Shown here one piece after another: positions 40,901 through 54,170 of a DNA stretch of 64,000 bases (position 1 is the first letter of the stretch; every line of letters starts with the position of its first letter). The DNA lies in assembly GCF_006345805.1 (NCBI RefSeq), contig NW_021834283.1, forward strand, positions 1 to 64,000, in the 5' to 3' direction. Position numbers and translations under genes: made by a program. The stretch is from Octopus sinensis (taxonomy: Eukaryota). The notes under the pieces are model-generated. The model did no database searches. It was not told the DNA's origin and worked only from the letters and a program-made list of their open reading frames with translations.

Positions 40901-41544
40901 ACAATTTTTTTCCCAGCCAAACACCGTAAGTGGAAAGAAAAGTAAATGCAAAAAAGAATAAGAATAAAAAGAGAAGTTTAAAAAAGAAATAAGTAGAAAA
41001 GAGGAGAAGTGGTGAATGATAAAAGGAACAAATAAGAAAATAAATGAACGAATAGAAGTAGAAAGTAAGAAGAGAGGAGTCTTGGAAAGAAGAAAGAGAG
41101 GAAGAGGACGAAGTAAAAGAAGAGAAAATGAGGAAAAAATGAAAGGAGACCAAAGAAGGAAGAAAAAAACAAAAAGTAAAGAAAAAAGAAATAGAAGAAA
41201 AAAGAACATTAAATGAAGGAACAAATCCAAGACAGTGATGATGATGATGTTGATGATGATTATGACGATGATGATGATGATGTTGGTGATGATTATGACG
41301 ATGATGATGATGATAATTAGAATGGTGATGAAGTGAGAGAAGATGAAAAAAGAGGAGCAGGAGGAGGAGAAGACAAATGCGAGGAGAGATGGACGAATCA
41401 AAACGTTTGCCAATAACTTGACCATTTTAATTGACTGAGAGATCTTAATTAAAATTGTGTTTATCGTAGATAATCCTTGCAACTTAAACATTTAATTACT
41501 GTTTTTCTGTCTTTGCACATTGTGTGTGTGTTGTTGTGCACGCG

Positions 41545-41610
<66 letters not shown>

Positions 41611-41800
41611 ATATCTATATATTAATATATACATATATATATATATTATATATATATATAATACACACACACACATACACATATATTCTTTTCTTTTACA
41701 TGTTCAGTAATTTGACTGCGGCTACGCTGGACCACCGCCTTGACTACACACACATATATATACAGTATATGTATATATATATTATGTATAGTGTGTCGTG

Positions 41801-41847
<47 letters not shown>

Positions 41848-42318
41848 GTGTTGTGGTGTGTTGTGTTGTGTGTGTTGTATATGTATATATTTATATATTT
41901 GTATGTATATGTATGTATGTATCTATCAATATATATATATTTACATATATAAGCACAAGTATACAAATTATAACACACACATATTCACAATACAATAACC
42001 ACACACATGCACACACACACACGCACACACGAAGAGATACATTGTGCTTCAATTATTTGGTTATATGGTGTACAGTAATTAAACATTGTCTCATGTAGAA
42101 CTCAATACAAGATGTAGAGTAAATAAATCTACACCATAAAAAGACGTAGTTTCGAGTGTACTATTTTACGTACGTATGTATGTATGTGTGTGTATGTATG
42201 TATGTATGTATGTATGTATGTATGTATGTATGTATGTATGTATGTATGTATGTATGTATGTATGTATGCTTGTAACTATGTATGGCTACATATCTTATGT
42301 AATGAATCTATCTATCTA

Positions 42319-42349
<31 letters not shown>

Positions 42350-42518
42350 ATCTATCTATCTATCTATCTATCTATCACTATTTATAATGTATGCCGGCAT
42401 ACATACATATATTTACGTATGTATTTGTTTGCACACACATGCACGCGCGCACACACACGCGGATATCTGTATATGTACTGAGAGAACATGAGGAAATATA
42501 TCGCTGCTTATCTTCAAT

Positions 42519-42552
<34 letters not shown>

Positions 42553-42682
42553 CGTGTGTGTGTGTGTATGTTTATACACACACATATATATACATATATA
42601 CTTTGCATGTATCACGTACTCGCATTGTTTTTTTCTTGACTTTTTTCTCCGTTTCTTTTTAACACATACACACATATAAACA

Positions 42683-42761
<79 letters not shown>

Positions 42762-42843
42762 GAACATATTTATACATACATATATACGTGTTTCTGAATG
42801 TGTTCATGTTTACACGTGTGTGTTGTGTTGTATGTATGTATAT

Positions 42844-42887
<44 letters not shown>

Positions 42888-43251
42888 TTTACAAACTGCT
42901 TTTTCTATATATTTCCTCGCATCTTTTATATATTATCCAATACTATTCATGAACAAATTTACAATTCATATCTCATTTTTCTGTGTTCCGCTGACTTCCT
43001 TAATGTTCTGTTGAGTTTGTATCAAAAACGCAAAGAAAGGAAAGCTATTGAGAAAGAGAGAGATTGAGAGGGAGGGAAAGAAAAAAGAGACAGAAGAAGA
43101 AAGAGAGAAATAAATTTTGAGATATACTGAAAGAGGGAGAGAGAGTGTGAAAGAGTGGAAGAGAGAGATAAGGAGAGAGAAGGGAGAAAAAGTGATATAG
43201 AAAAAGAGAAGGGGAGAGAGATGAGGAGAGAGAAAGGGAGAGAGAAAGAAA

Positions 43252-43287
<36 letters not shown>

Positions 43288-43499
43288 CAATAAGACAATG
43301 GCTGAAGAAAGAAAATCTCCAGAAATGTTCGAAAATCTACCGAAAAGCGGCAAGTATACGAAATTACTACCGGGAATCGTTTATCTGATCCGAAAAGATC
43401 TGGTTCTTTTATGTGAAATCTTGTTTTGCCACATATTTTGTTTATTCTTTTATATATAACGTATTATTAGTCAGTTTTTAGGGAGGCAATGGTTTTATT

Positions 43500-44032
43500 T
43501 ATTGTTTTTGTTGCATCAGCTATATCGTAACATTTTCTAACACAAACGCAGGGAGAGCAAACGCCGAATCTGTGGAAAAGTAGATGAAAGTATCAACCGT
43601 CTCTTGAATGAATGCAGAAAGCTAGCACAAAAAAGAGTTTAGGCGCAGGCATCACTGCGTGGCTAAACAGTGCATTAGCACGTTAGCAAAGTGAGTGGTT
43701 TCGAAATATCAGAAAAGGCTGTGACAGTGAATAAGAATATTTCGGAATTTTATTGGAAATTTTATGGGACTTCTCCATTAACACTGACCATACTTAGCCA
43801 GAGCGATGGAGAGATTATAGATGACTAAGACTACAGTTGTTCATGTGGTAATCGATGCGATTGGCACAACACCCAAGCTTCTACCTAAGCGACTGGAAGA
43901 TATTATAACTGAGGATCGCATTGCTTCGGTCTGCAGAAAAGTGCAATCCGGTATCCTACAAGAATTCTAAAAAGGAGTCTTGACATTTGAGGAAACTTGT
44001 CACCAAACACCAAGACAACATCCCTGCTAACT
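43500..44032 (+). mobile_element. Old R4/Dong-like LINE 3' fragment ending in (TAA)n
   Basis: RICGKVDESINRLLNECRKLA..EFRRRH, LWDFSI, VVIDAIGT, LQKSA..RILKRSL; (TAA)n at 44045-44130. Confidence 0.72.
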
Positions 44033-44043
44033 AATATAATATA

Positions 44044-44112
<69 letters not shown>

Positions 44113-44129
44113 TAATAATAATAATAATA

Positions 44130-44345
44130 ATGGTTTCAAGTTTTGGTACAAGGTATCAGTTGTAGTGTGAAAGGCAGTTGATTATATTGACCCCAGCATT
44201 TGGTTGATATTTTGTTTTTATTGATCCTGGATAAATTAAAAGCAAAGTTGACCTCAGCAGGATTCGAACTCAAAAGATAAGGAGTCGGAAGAAATACTGC
44301 AAAATATTTTTACGACTCTCTAACGATTCTGCCACACCGTTGCCT
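44130..44345 (-). mobile_element. Old SINE B (tail 2)
   Basis: Diverged central domain and head. Confidence 0.6.
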
Positions 44346-45996
44346 CTAATATTGTTTCTAATTAGGCTTAAAACCAGAAGCTTTAGAGAAGGTTGTGGGT
44401 CGATTACAACGATTCCAGTACTTGTCTGATAGCTTACTTTATTGGCCCAGATGGAACGAATGTATGTAGTATGTATGTATGTATGTATGTATGTATGTAG
44501 TATGTATGTATGTATGTATGTATGTATGTATGTATGTATGTATGTATGTATGTATGTATGTATGTATGTATGTATGTATGTATGTATGTATGCATGCATG
44601 TATCTATCTATCTATATATACATGTATGCATGTCATTGTTCAGTTTTATTTCAAGATTTCTTGCCTATAGAGAAAGGGCCGGTTTCTAACCTAGATCCAA
44701 GGCTCCTTCACTGGAATTTCAACATAAACAACGAGGTATTTTTGTATGTATGTATATGTGCAGATTTTTATGTATGTTTGTATGTAAGTATATATGTATG
44801 TGTATATGTATGTATGCACATATGTATGTGTGCATGTGTGTGTGTGTGAGTGTGTGCATGTGTGTGTGTGTGTGTGTGTGTGTGTAGTGAAAGTTGTATG
44901 GGTGTGCACTTGTAATTGTAGCTGTACATGAAAACAGAAAAGAAACGATTAACTTATAACGAACGTATATCTCGGGAATATCTTTACAGGTTGTCATTGA
45001 AAAAAAAAAAAAAAAAGGAAATCATTCCATGTTTGAACATATCAAGCAGATTAAGATATATATCCGAACTGCAAAGGAAGAAATATATCTTTGCTCGACA
45101 AGAACAATCCTAAAACCGAACAAAAGAAAAAAGAAAAAAAAAAGAAAAGATCGTTATTTTAACTGCTTTAAAATCTCTAAATCTCTATAGAAAAAATAAA
45201 GATGGCGATATTAGGTTTGTTAGGAGAGACTAAGAAATGAGGACACAAGATGAAACAAGGAAACAAAACAAAAATAACTTGCTCAAGCATTCTTAAAAAA
45301 ATATTAAGTTGCAGATGCAGTCGGTATAGTATCATCGATTTAATCAGACGATATTACACTGGAAATATATATCATTCGCGACGGTGATAGGGGTCATATA
45401 TGGAGAATGGGAGAGGGCTTACAATTGAAGAGAGCCAACGTCATTGAGGATTATGGAAAAATGTGGGTCGACTGAGGCTTCAGCGGAAAATTAAGGGAAT
45501 ACAAAGGGCTCATGTTGCCCTAGTAACTAAATTGGTGATATACCAAAATGGTGTTTTACGCTGAAGCCATCATTAAGAAATGGTCGACAGGTTGGAAACG
45601 TTTGGTATTGGCTGAAAATTGGTTTCAAATTTTAATACAAGATCAGTAAGTTTGGAGGGGTGGGGGAGCAAGTCAATTTCATCGACCCTAGTGTTCAATA
45701 GATACTCATTTTATAGATCCCAAAAGGATGAAAAGCAAATTGACCTCGGCGGAATTAAATATATAATATGATATGAAATTACAAAATTATGACAATATAA
45801 ACAAAATCTAAATCTACAGGTACAACTTAGAACATAACCCCTGTGGTAATATGTCAGAGCATTATGACAAAGGAATATCTAAAAAGGCTCGATGTCAAGA
45901 AGAACCACAAAACAATGCACAAGAGTACAGGAAGAGTACAATGAAAATAAAAGTACAAAATACGTAATCTCGCTGTTAGGAAGGAAGAAAGAAATA

Positions 45997-46483
45997 CCGT
46001 AAATCCTCGAGTATAATCCGTATTTCCCCCCAAAATTTAAAGGTCAAAATCCCTAGTGCGTATTATATACAAGGTTAAAAATGAAAATTATTTTCTAAGC
46101 AATGTTCGAGTCTCTATTTGCTGTCCGGCAATGTTTATTCAGACGCATTTTGTGATATCGGGCGCGAAGATACCTTAAGCTAAGCCTGAAAGCAATGAAG
46201 TCATAAAAGAATCATCCATAACTTGCAGTACGCAACATTTATTAAAATAAAAGTATTCAGAACACAGAATAACAATTTGAAAACATATTTACATTCCCAT
46301 ATAACAGTTAAGAACATCACCATTATTGTATTAAGCATGCGCGGAAGTGTTTTTTCGACTAGGTGCTGCTAGTTTAATTACGCACGTCTCAAGTTAGAAA
46401 AAGGGTGCGTATTATACACAAGGTTTAGGTTTTTCAGAAGTACAGCCCACTAAAAATGGCAGACTATACTCGAGGATTTACGG
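45997..46483. mobile_element. pogo/Tigger-like MITE
   Basis: TIRs ccgtaaatcctcgagtata / tatactcgaggatttacgg, TA flanks, subterminal direct repeat tgcgtattata.acaagg. Confidence 0.85.
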
Positions 46484-47402
46484 TAAATGTTTTGGACAAT
46501 GTACACCGTATATCTACTGTTTCTTGATTGCATCGCAAACAAATTATTCTTAATAGTCTTAATATTCTACACATCTGGGATTAATAATCGCGTCACCTTT
46601 CAGTCACAATACTGCCGTGCTCCTTGACATGTCACAACAGTGATAAACACATCTGCCTTGATACACTGACCTTTCACATCACCCTACAACATGCTTCAGG
46701 ATGTCACGGTGCAAGAGAGGTTATGCCACCCGGTTAGTATGGTAACTAAGATAAAAAAGAAAGACAGTAGAGCAACGAAAGTTTTGAGAGTGAAAGAAGA
46801 CTCAACTCAAATGCGGAAGAATTGACTGTGGGAGTGAAACAAAGAGCACAAGTCAACCAAAAGAGAATCAAAGCTACACCACTAGTGGAACAACAATAAG
46901 GCATCAAATTAAACGTATGGGGAAGGTTTTCGTGACACTAAACAAACACTAAGGCAAGCATAACTCCAGCAATTTTGCACCAACATCTATACAGCCTACG
47001 TTACTCTATACTTAAATACACTATGGCGTTTCAGATCACGTCTCTTAAGGAGGGGCCGTTATAATAACCACTTTGTAAGTAAACGATGAATTAAATATAC
47101 TCTATCCTATTTTTAAAGTTGGCTTCTATAATTGTGGAGTACAAGGATTACGTGATAGGAATTTACACGCACGCATACATATAAATAAGCATGCATTTAA
47201 AGATTAAATAGAAATGTCCATATTCACATAGATATGTATACAAACACATACACGGATATATATACAAACGTGTTTTGGACAACTTCTTACAGATAGGAGA
47301 AATAGATATTTTATGTTATTTCATTTAAGGCCGAGAATCTATATCAGTAATTCAAAGGCTTAGAGTTTTGTGTTAAGGTACTTATTAAATGAAATCTGTC
47401 TG

Positions 47403-47549
<147 letters not shown>

Positions 47550-47771
47550 GTCTGTCTGTACGTCCGTCCGTCCGTGCGTCCGTCTGTCTGTCTGTCTGTC
47601 TGCAAGCCTGTCTGTCTGTCTGTCTGTTTAGCAGTTTGTATTTCACTTTTTGCTCCTCTTTCTCCTATCCACTCTCGCTCTCTCAATATATGTGTACGTG
47701 TGCGTTCACACTCACAAGCACACAACACACACGCACACACACTCACACACACACACTCATATATTTAGGTA

Positions 47772-48185
47772 TAGGCGTGGCAGTGTGGCAGGAAGCTTGC
47801 TTCCCAACCACATGGTTCCAGGCTCAGTCCCACTGCGTGACGCTTTTCACAAGTGCTTCTACTATAACCCCGGCCGACCAAAAGACTTGTGAGTGAATAT
47901 GACAGACAGAAACTGAAAGAAACTTAGTACTTATTTTATCGGTCTCTTTAGCTGAACTAAGTCACGAGGACGTAAACACATCAATATCGAGTATTAAGCA
48001 GTGATGGGGGGGGGGCAAACACAAAGACACACACACACGATGGGCTTCTTTTAGTTTCCGTCTACCAAATTCAAATCTACCCACAAGGCTTTGGTCAGCT
48101 CGAGGCTATAGTAGAAGACACACACTGTTGTCCAAGATGCCATGGAAGGGGATTGAACCCGGAACCATGTGGTTGGGAAGCAACG
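47772..48185. mobile_element. Two SINE A pieces in opposite orientation
   Basis: + head at 47772-47920 fused to a - copy at 47920-48185. Confidence 0.72.
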
Positions 48186-48249
48186 CCTGAGCTCTTGAAA
48201 ATAATAAAAATTATAATTTTCTGTCATTTATTCTAAATATATGTGACTT

Positions 48250-48540
48250 ATGTAGAGGCACATGGCCTAGTGGTTAGTGCAGTGGACTCGCAGTCGAGGG
48301 ATCGCGGGTTCGAATCTCAGACCGGGCGATGTGTGTATTTATGAGTGAAACACCTAAGCTCCACGCGGCTCCGGCACAAGGTAATGGCGAATTTCTGCTA
48401 ACTCTTTCCCCACAACTTTCTCTCACTCTTTCCTCTTGCTCACCTGCGACGGACCGGCATTCCCGTCCAGGTGGGAAACTTATACGCCAAGGAAACCGGG
48501 AAGCCTTATGAGCCAGGCATGACTCGAGAAGGAACAAACA
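48250..48540 (+). mobile_element. SINE C, tail beta
   Basis: gtagaggcacatggcctagtggttag...gggttcgaatctc head; tail gagaaggaacaaac. Confidence 0.85.
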
Positions 48541-48699
48541 TATGTTACTCATAAGGATCATTTTAGCCCATTATGTGTATACATTCAAGATATAACCACC
48601 TGTTACTGTGGAGTGGATCTATATTTTTGATGCTTTATGTGTCATACCTTTCTATACGTTATATACAGAAATATACGTATGCATTTAAAAGATATATAA

Positions 48700-48854
48700 A
48701 TATAGTAGCTTGCTTACCAACCACACGGTTCCGGGTTCAGTCCCACTGCATGGCACACTGGGCAAGTGTCTTCTACTATAGCCTCGGGCCGACCAAAGCC
48801 TTGTGAGTGGATTTTGTAGATGGAAACTGAAAGAAGACCGTCGTATATATGTTA

Positions 48855-48922
<68 letters not shown>

Positions 48923-49157
48923 GTGTGTGTATATGTTTGTGTGCCTGTGATTGTCCCCACAACATCGCTTGACAACTGATGGTGGTGTGTTTACATTCCC
49001 GTAACTTAGGGGTTCGGCAAAAGAGAGACCGATAGAATAAGTACTAGGCTTACAAAGAATAAGTCGTGGGGTCGATTTGCTCGACTAAAGGCGGTGCTCC
49101 GACATGGCCGCAGTCAAAATGACTGAAACAAGTAAAAGAGTAAAAGAGTAGAAGAGT
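48700..49157 (+). mobile_element. SINE A
   Basis: Near full-length copy. Confidence 0.87.
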
Positions 49158-49216
49158 ATACATACACGCGCGCACGCAGACACACACACACACATATACA
49201 CACACATACATATATA

Positions 49217-49337
49217 ATTCTTAAACAAGAATAGTGTTACAGCGACTTGGAAGTTTCGTCCAGCTAAGCATCGAGGGACGATAGGTTAGCTGGCTGAGAC
49301 TTCGAAGTCACTGTCGATAATGATCTTCTTTAAGAAT
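49217..49337. repeat. Imperfect ~50-bp inverted repeat
   Basis: acagcgacttggaagtttcgtccagctaa / ttagctggctgagacttcgaagtcactgt, with outer attcttaaa / tttaagaat. Confidence 0.7.
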
Positions 49338-49688
49338 AATGAACTTGTACTCTACAAAAGTATAGAGTAACCTATCAAATTAACGTACGATTATTTTTAG
49401 TATAACTGAACACAAAAACAGACATTAACACACACACACACATTATATAGAGAGTTGTCAGAAGAATTTATTGATTTTTTCCCCCCAGTTTATTTTAAAC
49501 CTTTCCAATGTCATTTGAATTAACAAGAAAAATATTTTTATCTAATGTTTTATATTTCGTTTGTTGTAGCTCCAGTCTTGCTCTACAACATTTATTTATC
49601 GTTTTGGAAATTGAAATAAATTTTAACTCGAAGTGCCAAGTAAAAAAAAACAAAAAAAAAACCAAATTTATCTAAGAATTATATATAT

Positions 49689-49750
<62 letters not shown>

Positions 49751-49816
49751 CTCTGTGTTTGTGTGTGTGTCCGTCCGTGTGCGTGCGTATATATATATAT
49801 ATGTGTGTGTATATAA

Positions 49817-49905
<89 letters not shown>

Positions 49906-49939
49906 AATGTATATATATGTGCGTGTATGTAAATGTAAG

Positions 49940-50448
49940 CCTCACAAAGAAGATCATCTCGTTGCGACAGCTCAGCTGCTGGGAATGGCTGAAATAGCTA
50001 AGACTGGAGCGAAGGTGGGAGAGATATGCAGTAATATATATCTGGAGGTTCCTGGAAGGAATTGTACCAAATTTTGTCATTGAAAGCTATACCAATGCCA
50101 GGACGGGTCGACACTGCACAGTGCCAAAAGATCCCACCAATGCCTTCGCGCTTCAGGACCAGTTACTGCAACAGCTTGGGTTTCAGGGGCCTACAGCTTT
50201 TTAATATTCTCCTAAAGAACCTGAGGGACCTACACAAAGTGGATGTAGGTGTTTTCAAATCAATACTGGACTTCTTCTTGTTGAGAGTCCTAGATGAACC
50301 TACCACGCGGCAAGAAGTGTAATTGAGGGTAGTGACATCAAACTCCCTTATTCACCAAATTCCACATATTAGAGGGGGCTCTCAATAATAACAGTGTAGC
50401 AAAAACAGCGGTTCCTCAGCATGGCCGCAGCTCTGAGCTGAAACTATA
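49940..50448 (+). mobile_element. CR1-like LINE 3' end
   Basis: [52 protein letters not shown]; 3' tail cagcatggccgcagctctgagctgaaac. Confidence 0.8.
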
Positions 50449-50459
50449 ATATACACACA

Positions 50460-50523
<64 letters not shown>

Positions 50524-50559
50524 TATATATATATATATATATGTGTGTGTGTATGTGTA

Positions 50560-51165
50560 GACTTTATTAAAAAGCAACAAAAACATCACAAAGACTGTTA
50601 CTCAGAGTTTCACGTTCTGGTTCTTGTTTCTTTATTGCACACAAGGGGCTAAACATAGAGGGTACAAACAAGGACAGACAAAGGGATTATGTCGATTACA
50701 ACGACCCCAGTGCGTCACTGGTACTTAATTTATCGACCCCAAAAGGATGAAAGGCAAAGTCGACCTCGGCGGAATTTGAACTCACAAAGTAACGGCAGAC
50801 GAAATACCGCTAAGCATTTCGCCCGGCGTGCTAACGTTTCTGCCAGCTTGATACCTTAACGTTCTTGTTCGTCAAGAATTTGTAAAATTCCGAAATTTAT
50901 AAAATTCCGAAATAAGAGTAAAGACAGCTCTTAGCCACAATAAAGCTTATAAATAGCAGGTCTTACAGCTGTTTCCAGGATATTTATTATATCCCTTCAT
51001 CGAAGACGGTGTGAGAAAATGGTTAAGCAATTATCTAAATTAACTATTGCTTAACCATCTTCTCACACAGTCTCCGATGAAGCGAAACAGCTATAAGACC
51101 TGCTATTTATAATGTTCTAAAATGTTCACAGCCTTGGTTTTTTTCTCATTCTGAAGAAGAAATTT
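50560..51165. mobile_element. Penelope-like remnants with hammerhead motifs, one split by a SINE B (50623-50857)
   Basis: ctgttactcagagtttcacgt (same hammerhead family as 31671); inverted repeat ~50947-51111 with hammerhead-shaped motifs at 50960-51007 (-) and 51070-51099 (+). Confidence 0.68.
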
Positions 51166-51181
51166 ATATATATATATATAT

Positions 51182-51213
<32 letters not shown>

Positions 51214-51869
51214 ACACACATACATGTGTGTGTGTGTGTGTGTGCGTGCAATGTACGCGTACTGTTTTTTCCTATTTGTGTTGTTTACCTACTCATTTGT
51301 ATTCCGATACCGTTTTAGGTTCCCATCATAGGTCTGTCTGTTTGTCTGACAGTCTGTGTTTGATTTCTTCCTTTCCTTCCTTCCCTCCTGCCTTCCTTTC
51401 TGTCTTTGTTTACTTTATGAGTTCGATCGTCCATCCAACTTTTCCTCCGTTGCCGTTATCATTTTTTTTTTTTGCTTTCTCAGGAATGACATCCAACTAA
51501 GCTGGCTTAACTTCTTAATTCCATAATGTTTGGCTCTTCTCAGCTTTGGAATTTACCCTCCTTCGCAGAATTTTTTCCAGAATTTTCTCGTCTCTTCCCA
51601 TTTCCCCACACAGATATATTCTTTATTTGCACTTAATTGCTTTCGTTCTTAATCACTTTCAACTATGACATGTGTATACCGTATGTGTGAGTTTGTGTTG
51701 GCGGTGTGTTTATGGATTCCAGTAAAGCATTAGAGAAGCAGTTACTGTGTTCTGTTTCAATATTTTATTGTACTACAGAACAGATCTATCCATAACTATG
51801 GTATATCTATTGATATATGTATACTTTATATCATATCCATTGGCATACCTAATCTTAACTATGGTATAT

Positions 51870-51987
51870 CTGTTGGCAAAATTCGAGGCAGAATCTGTCA
51901 TGGTCAATGCGACGATCACACGCTACACACTTTCCTTCCAAGCACTGCTGTAAACAGCAGAAGTGACCCAGATAGTTAAAACTTAGT

Positions 51988-51992
<5 letters not shown>
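51870..51992 (-). mobile_element. Fragment of the 2014-2852 mariner family
   Basis: gcgacgatcacacgctacac...ccaagcactgctgtaaacagc...aaaacttagtgc matches 2670-2750. Confidence 0.75.
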
Positions 51993-52032
<40 letters not shown>

Positions 52033-52109
52033 ATATATATTTATATACATATATACATACATGCATATATATATGTACATATATGTATATATTTACGCGC
52101 GCGTGTGTG

Positions 52110-52330
52110 TATTTGTGTCTGTTTGCCCCCTCACCGTCACTCGAAAAACGATGTTGGTGTGTTTACATCCCCGTAAGTTAGCGGTTCAGCAAAAGAGAAC
52201 GATAGAATAAGAACTAGGCGTACAAAGAATAAGTCCTGGGGTCGATTTCTTCGACAAAAACACCCTTTAAGGCGGTGCTCCAGCATGGCCGCAGTCAAAT
52301 GACTGAAACAAGTAAAAGAATAAAAGAATA
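52110..52330 (+). mobile_element. SINE A 3' half
   Basis: Tail ggcggtgctccagcatggccgcagtcaaatgactgaaac. Confidence 0.85.
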
Positions 52331-52742
52331 GAAGGATGCGTGCATCCATGTACTATGCACATGTTTCTATGCAAATATGTAGGTGCATGTGTGCATGCAT
52401 GTTTGTATGTATGCCTTTTATTACACGTATATAAAATTCATTAGAAAAGAACACAAAGGACTTGACAGAACAGAGGAACCCACTAAAATCTACCTCCCTC
52501 TGTTATTTTACTTTAACATAATACCCAAACATCACCAGAAATCTCTTCACATGCACTCACATGTACCTAAGCATACACACAAGTATATACACACGTATAC
52601 ATACTCACACTCATTCTTTTCTTTTCCCTTCTTTTCTTTGTGTCTGTGTGCCATTAGTTTCCATTCTCTTTCATTCTCTTTCTTTCTCTTTCTTTCTTTC
52701 TTTCTTTCTTTCTTTGTTTCTTTCTTCCTCCTTTCTTTCATA

Positions 52743-52920
52743 TCTATTATATAAAATCCGTTCTGTCTGTGTGTGTGTCTTCTATGATCTCGGGCATCCT
52801 CCATCCGATTGCGCTCAATTTTGATATGTAGATACCGACGGTATCAGGGCGTGTATAAGTCTTGAAAAAATTACAAAAATCGATTCCAGGTGAGAATGTG
52901 ATTGATGAATCCGTGGGAAC
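52743..52920 (+). mobile_element. Helitron-like 5' end (3' boundary not found)
   Basis: A|TCTATTATATAAAATCCG followed by ctgtctgt(gt)n and ccgatt...aattttg, as in non-autonomous Helitron 5' termini. Confidence 0.55.
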
Positions 52921-53934
52921 GTGTATTTGTATGCGCAAGTACATCAGTCGAAATCCGTCTTTTGCTGGTGTCTCAAATTTAGGTTAGATCAGTGTTTCAC
53001 AAAAGAGAGGCCTATGAGAGGTCGGACAAGTTGTTTTGAGGAAATTTGGTTTAAATGTTTGACAACTCAGCACCGTCCATTGGACGGGGGACGTTTTGCT
53101 CGTGCACATACATACATCAATGTTTGTTATAATATTTTATTTAAAAACTGATGCATTGCTACGCGCTTCCGTATCTCTGTTTCAGTTGATGTATTGATGT
53201 GTGCGTATAAATGAATTTCCGTTTGCTGATGTGTGTCTGCATAGCAGTGATACGGGTGTCTACACGTATGCGTTTATGCGTGAAATCGACTGAATATAAT
53301 TTTTGTTATTAGATGTGCATAAAATCAGCCAGGTGTTAAAAGGATATTTAAAACTAAAGCGTCATCCAGAGCAGTTTATGATGTCATCTCTTTATGACGT
53401 CACATATGCAAATTTGTGAAAAAAACGTTACAAAATTGCTTAACTATTCACCCGCCATATTTGCTAGTGTTTGGAAGCCAACTTCTTGCAGTTTGCTATT
53501 CAATACATTGTTTGCGTTAATATATTTACTAATCTTCGTTTTTCATTTCTTGTTTCATAAATGTCCGAACGTATCGACCGTCAAGGTTTCGTCGCCCTCC
53601 TTGGTGCAGGGATCCGAAGGAGGCTACACCCTATGGCCTCTTGTCTTCGCCGTCCAAAAACATCTGATGACGTCATATCAGATACTTCAACGATACTCAA
53701 GCCGGAAGAGTTCGCTAAGTTTAACAACTTCAATGGCTTTCATCTCTTTCTTTCCCCCCTCTCTCTGTTTGTACACACTCATACATAAACACACACGCAT
53801 ATAAATATGTGTGTGTGAGCGCGCGTGTGAATGTGTGTGTGTGGTATTAATTTGTAGGCGTGTACATGAGCATGTGTATATCTTGACTGATAAAGTTGGA
53901 GTTCGATACTACTTGGTAGAATAAGCCTGTATAG

Positions 53935-54170
53935 TAAGGCGGTGAGCTGGCAGAAACGTTAGCACGTCGGGCGAAATACTTAGCGGTATTTCGTCTGCCG
54001 CTACGTTCTGAGTTCAAATTCCGCCGAGGTCGACTTTTCCTTTCATCCTTTCGGGGGCGATTAAATAAGTACCAGTTACGTATTGGGGTAGATGTAGTCA
54101 ACTTAATCCGTTTGTCTGTCCTTGTTTGTCCCCTCTGTGTTTAGCCCCTTGTGGGCAATAAATAAATAAG
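53935..54170 (+). mobile_element. SINE B monomer
   Basis: Complete copy; ataagcctgtatag occurs on both sides (putative TSD). Confidence 0.9.

Noticed and set aside
46702-46937. tgtcacg...cgtgaca as a solo LTR
   Set aside because: 7-bp inverted ends but no target-site duplication and no second copy in the window.
53662-53683. CTGATGA hairpin as a hammerhead
   Set aside because: No stem II-GAAA-stem III arrangement follows.
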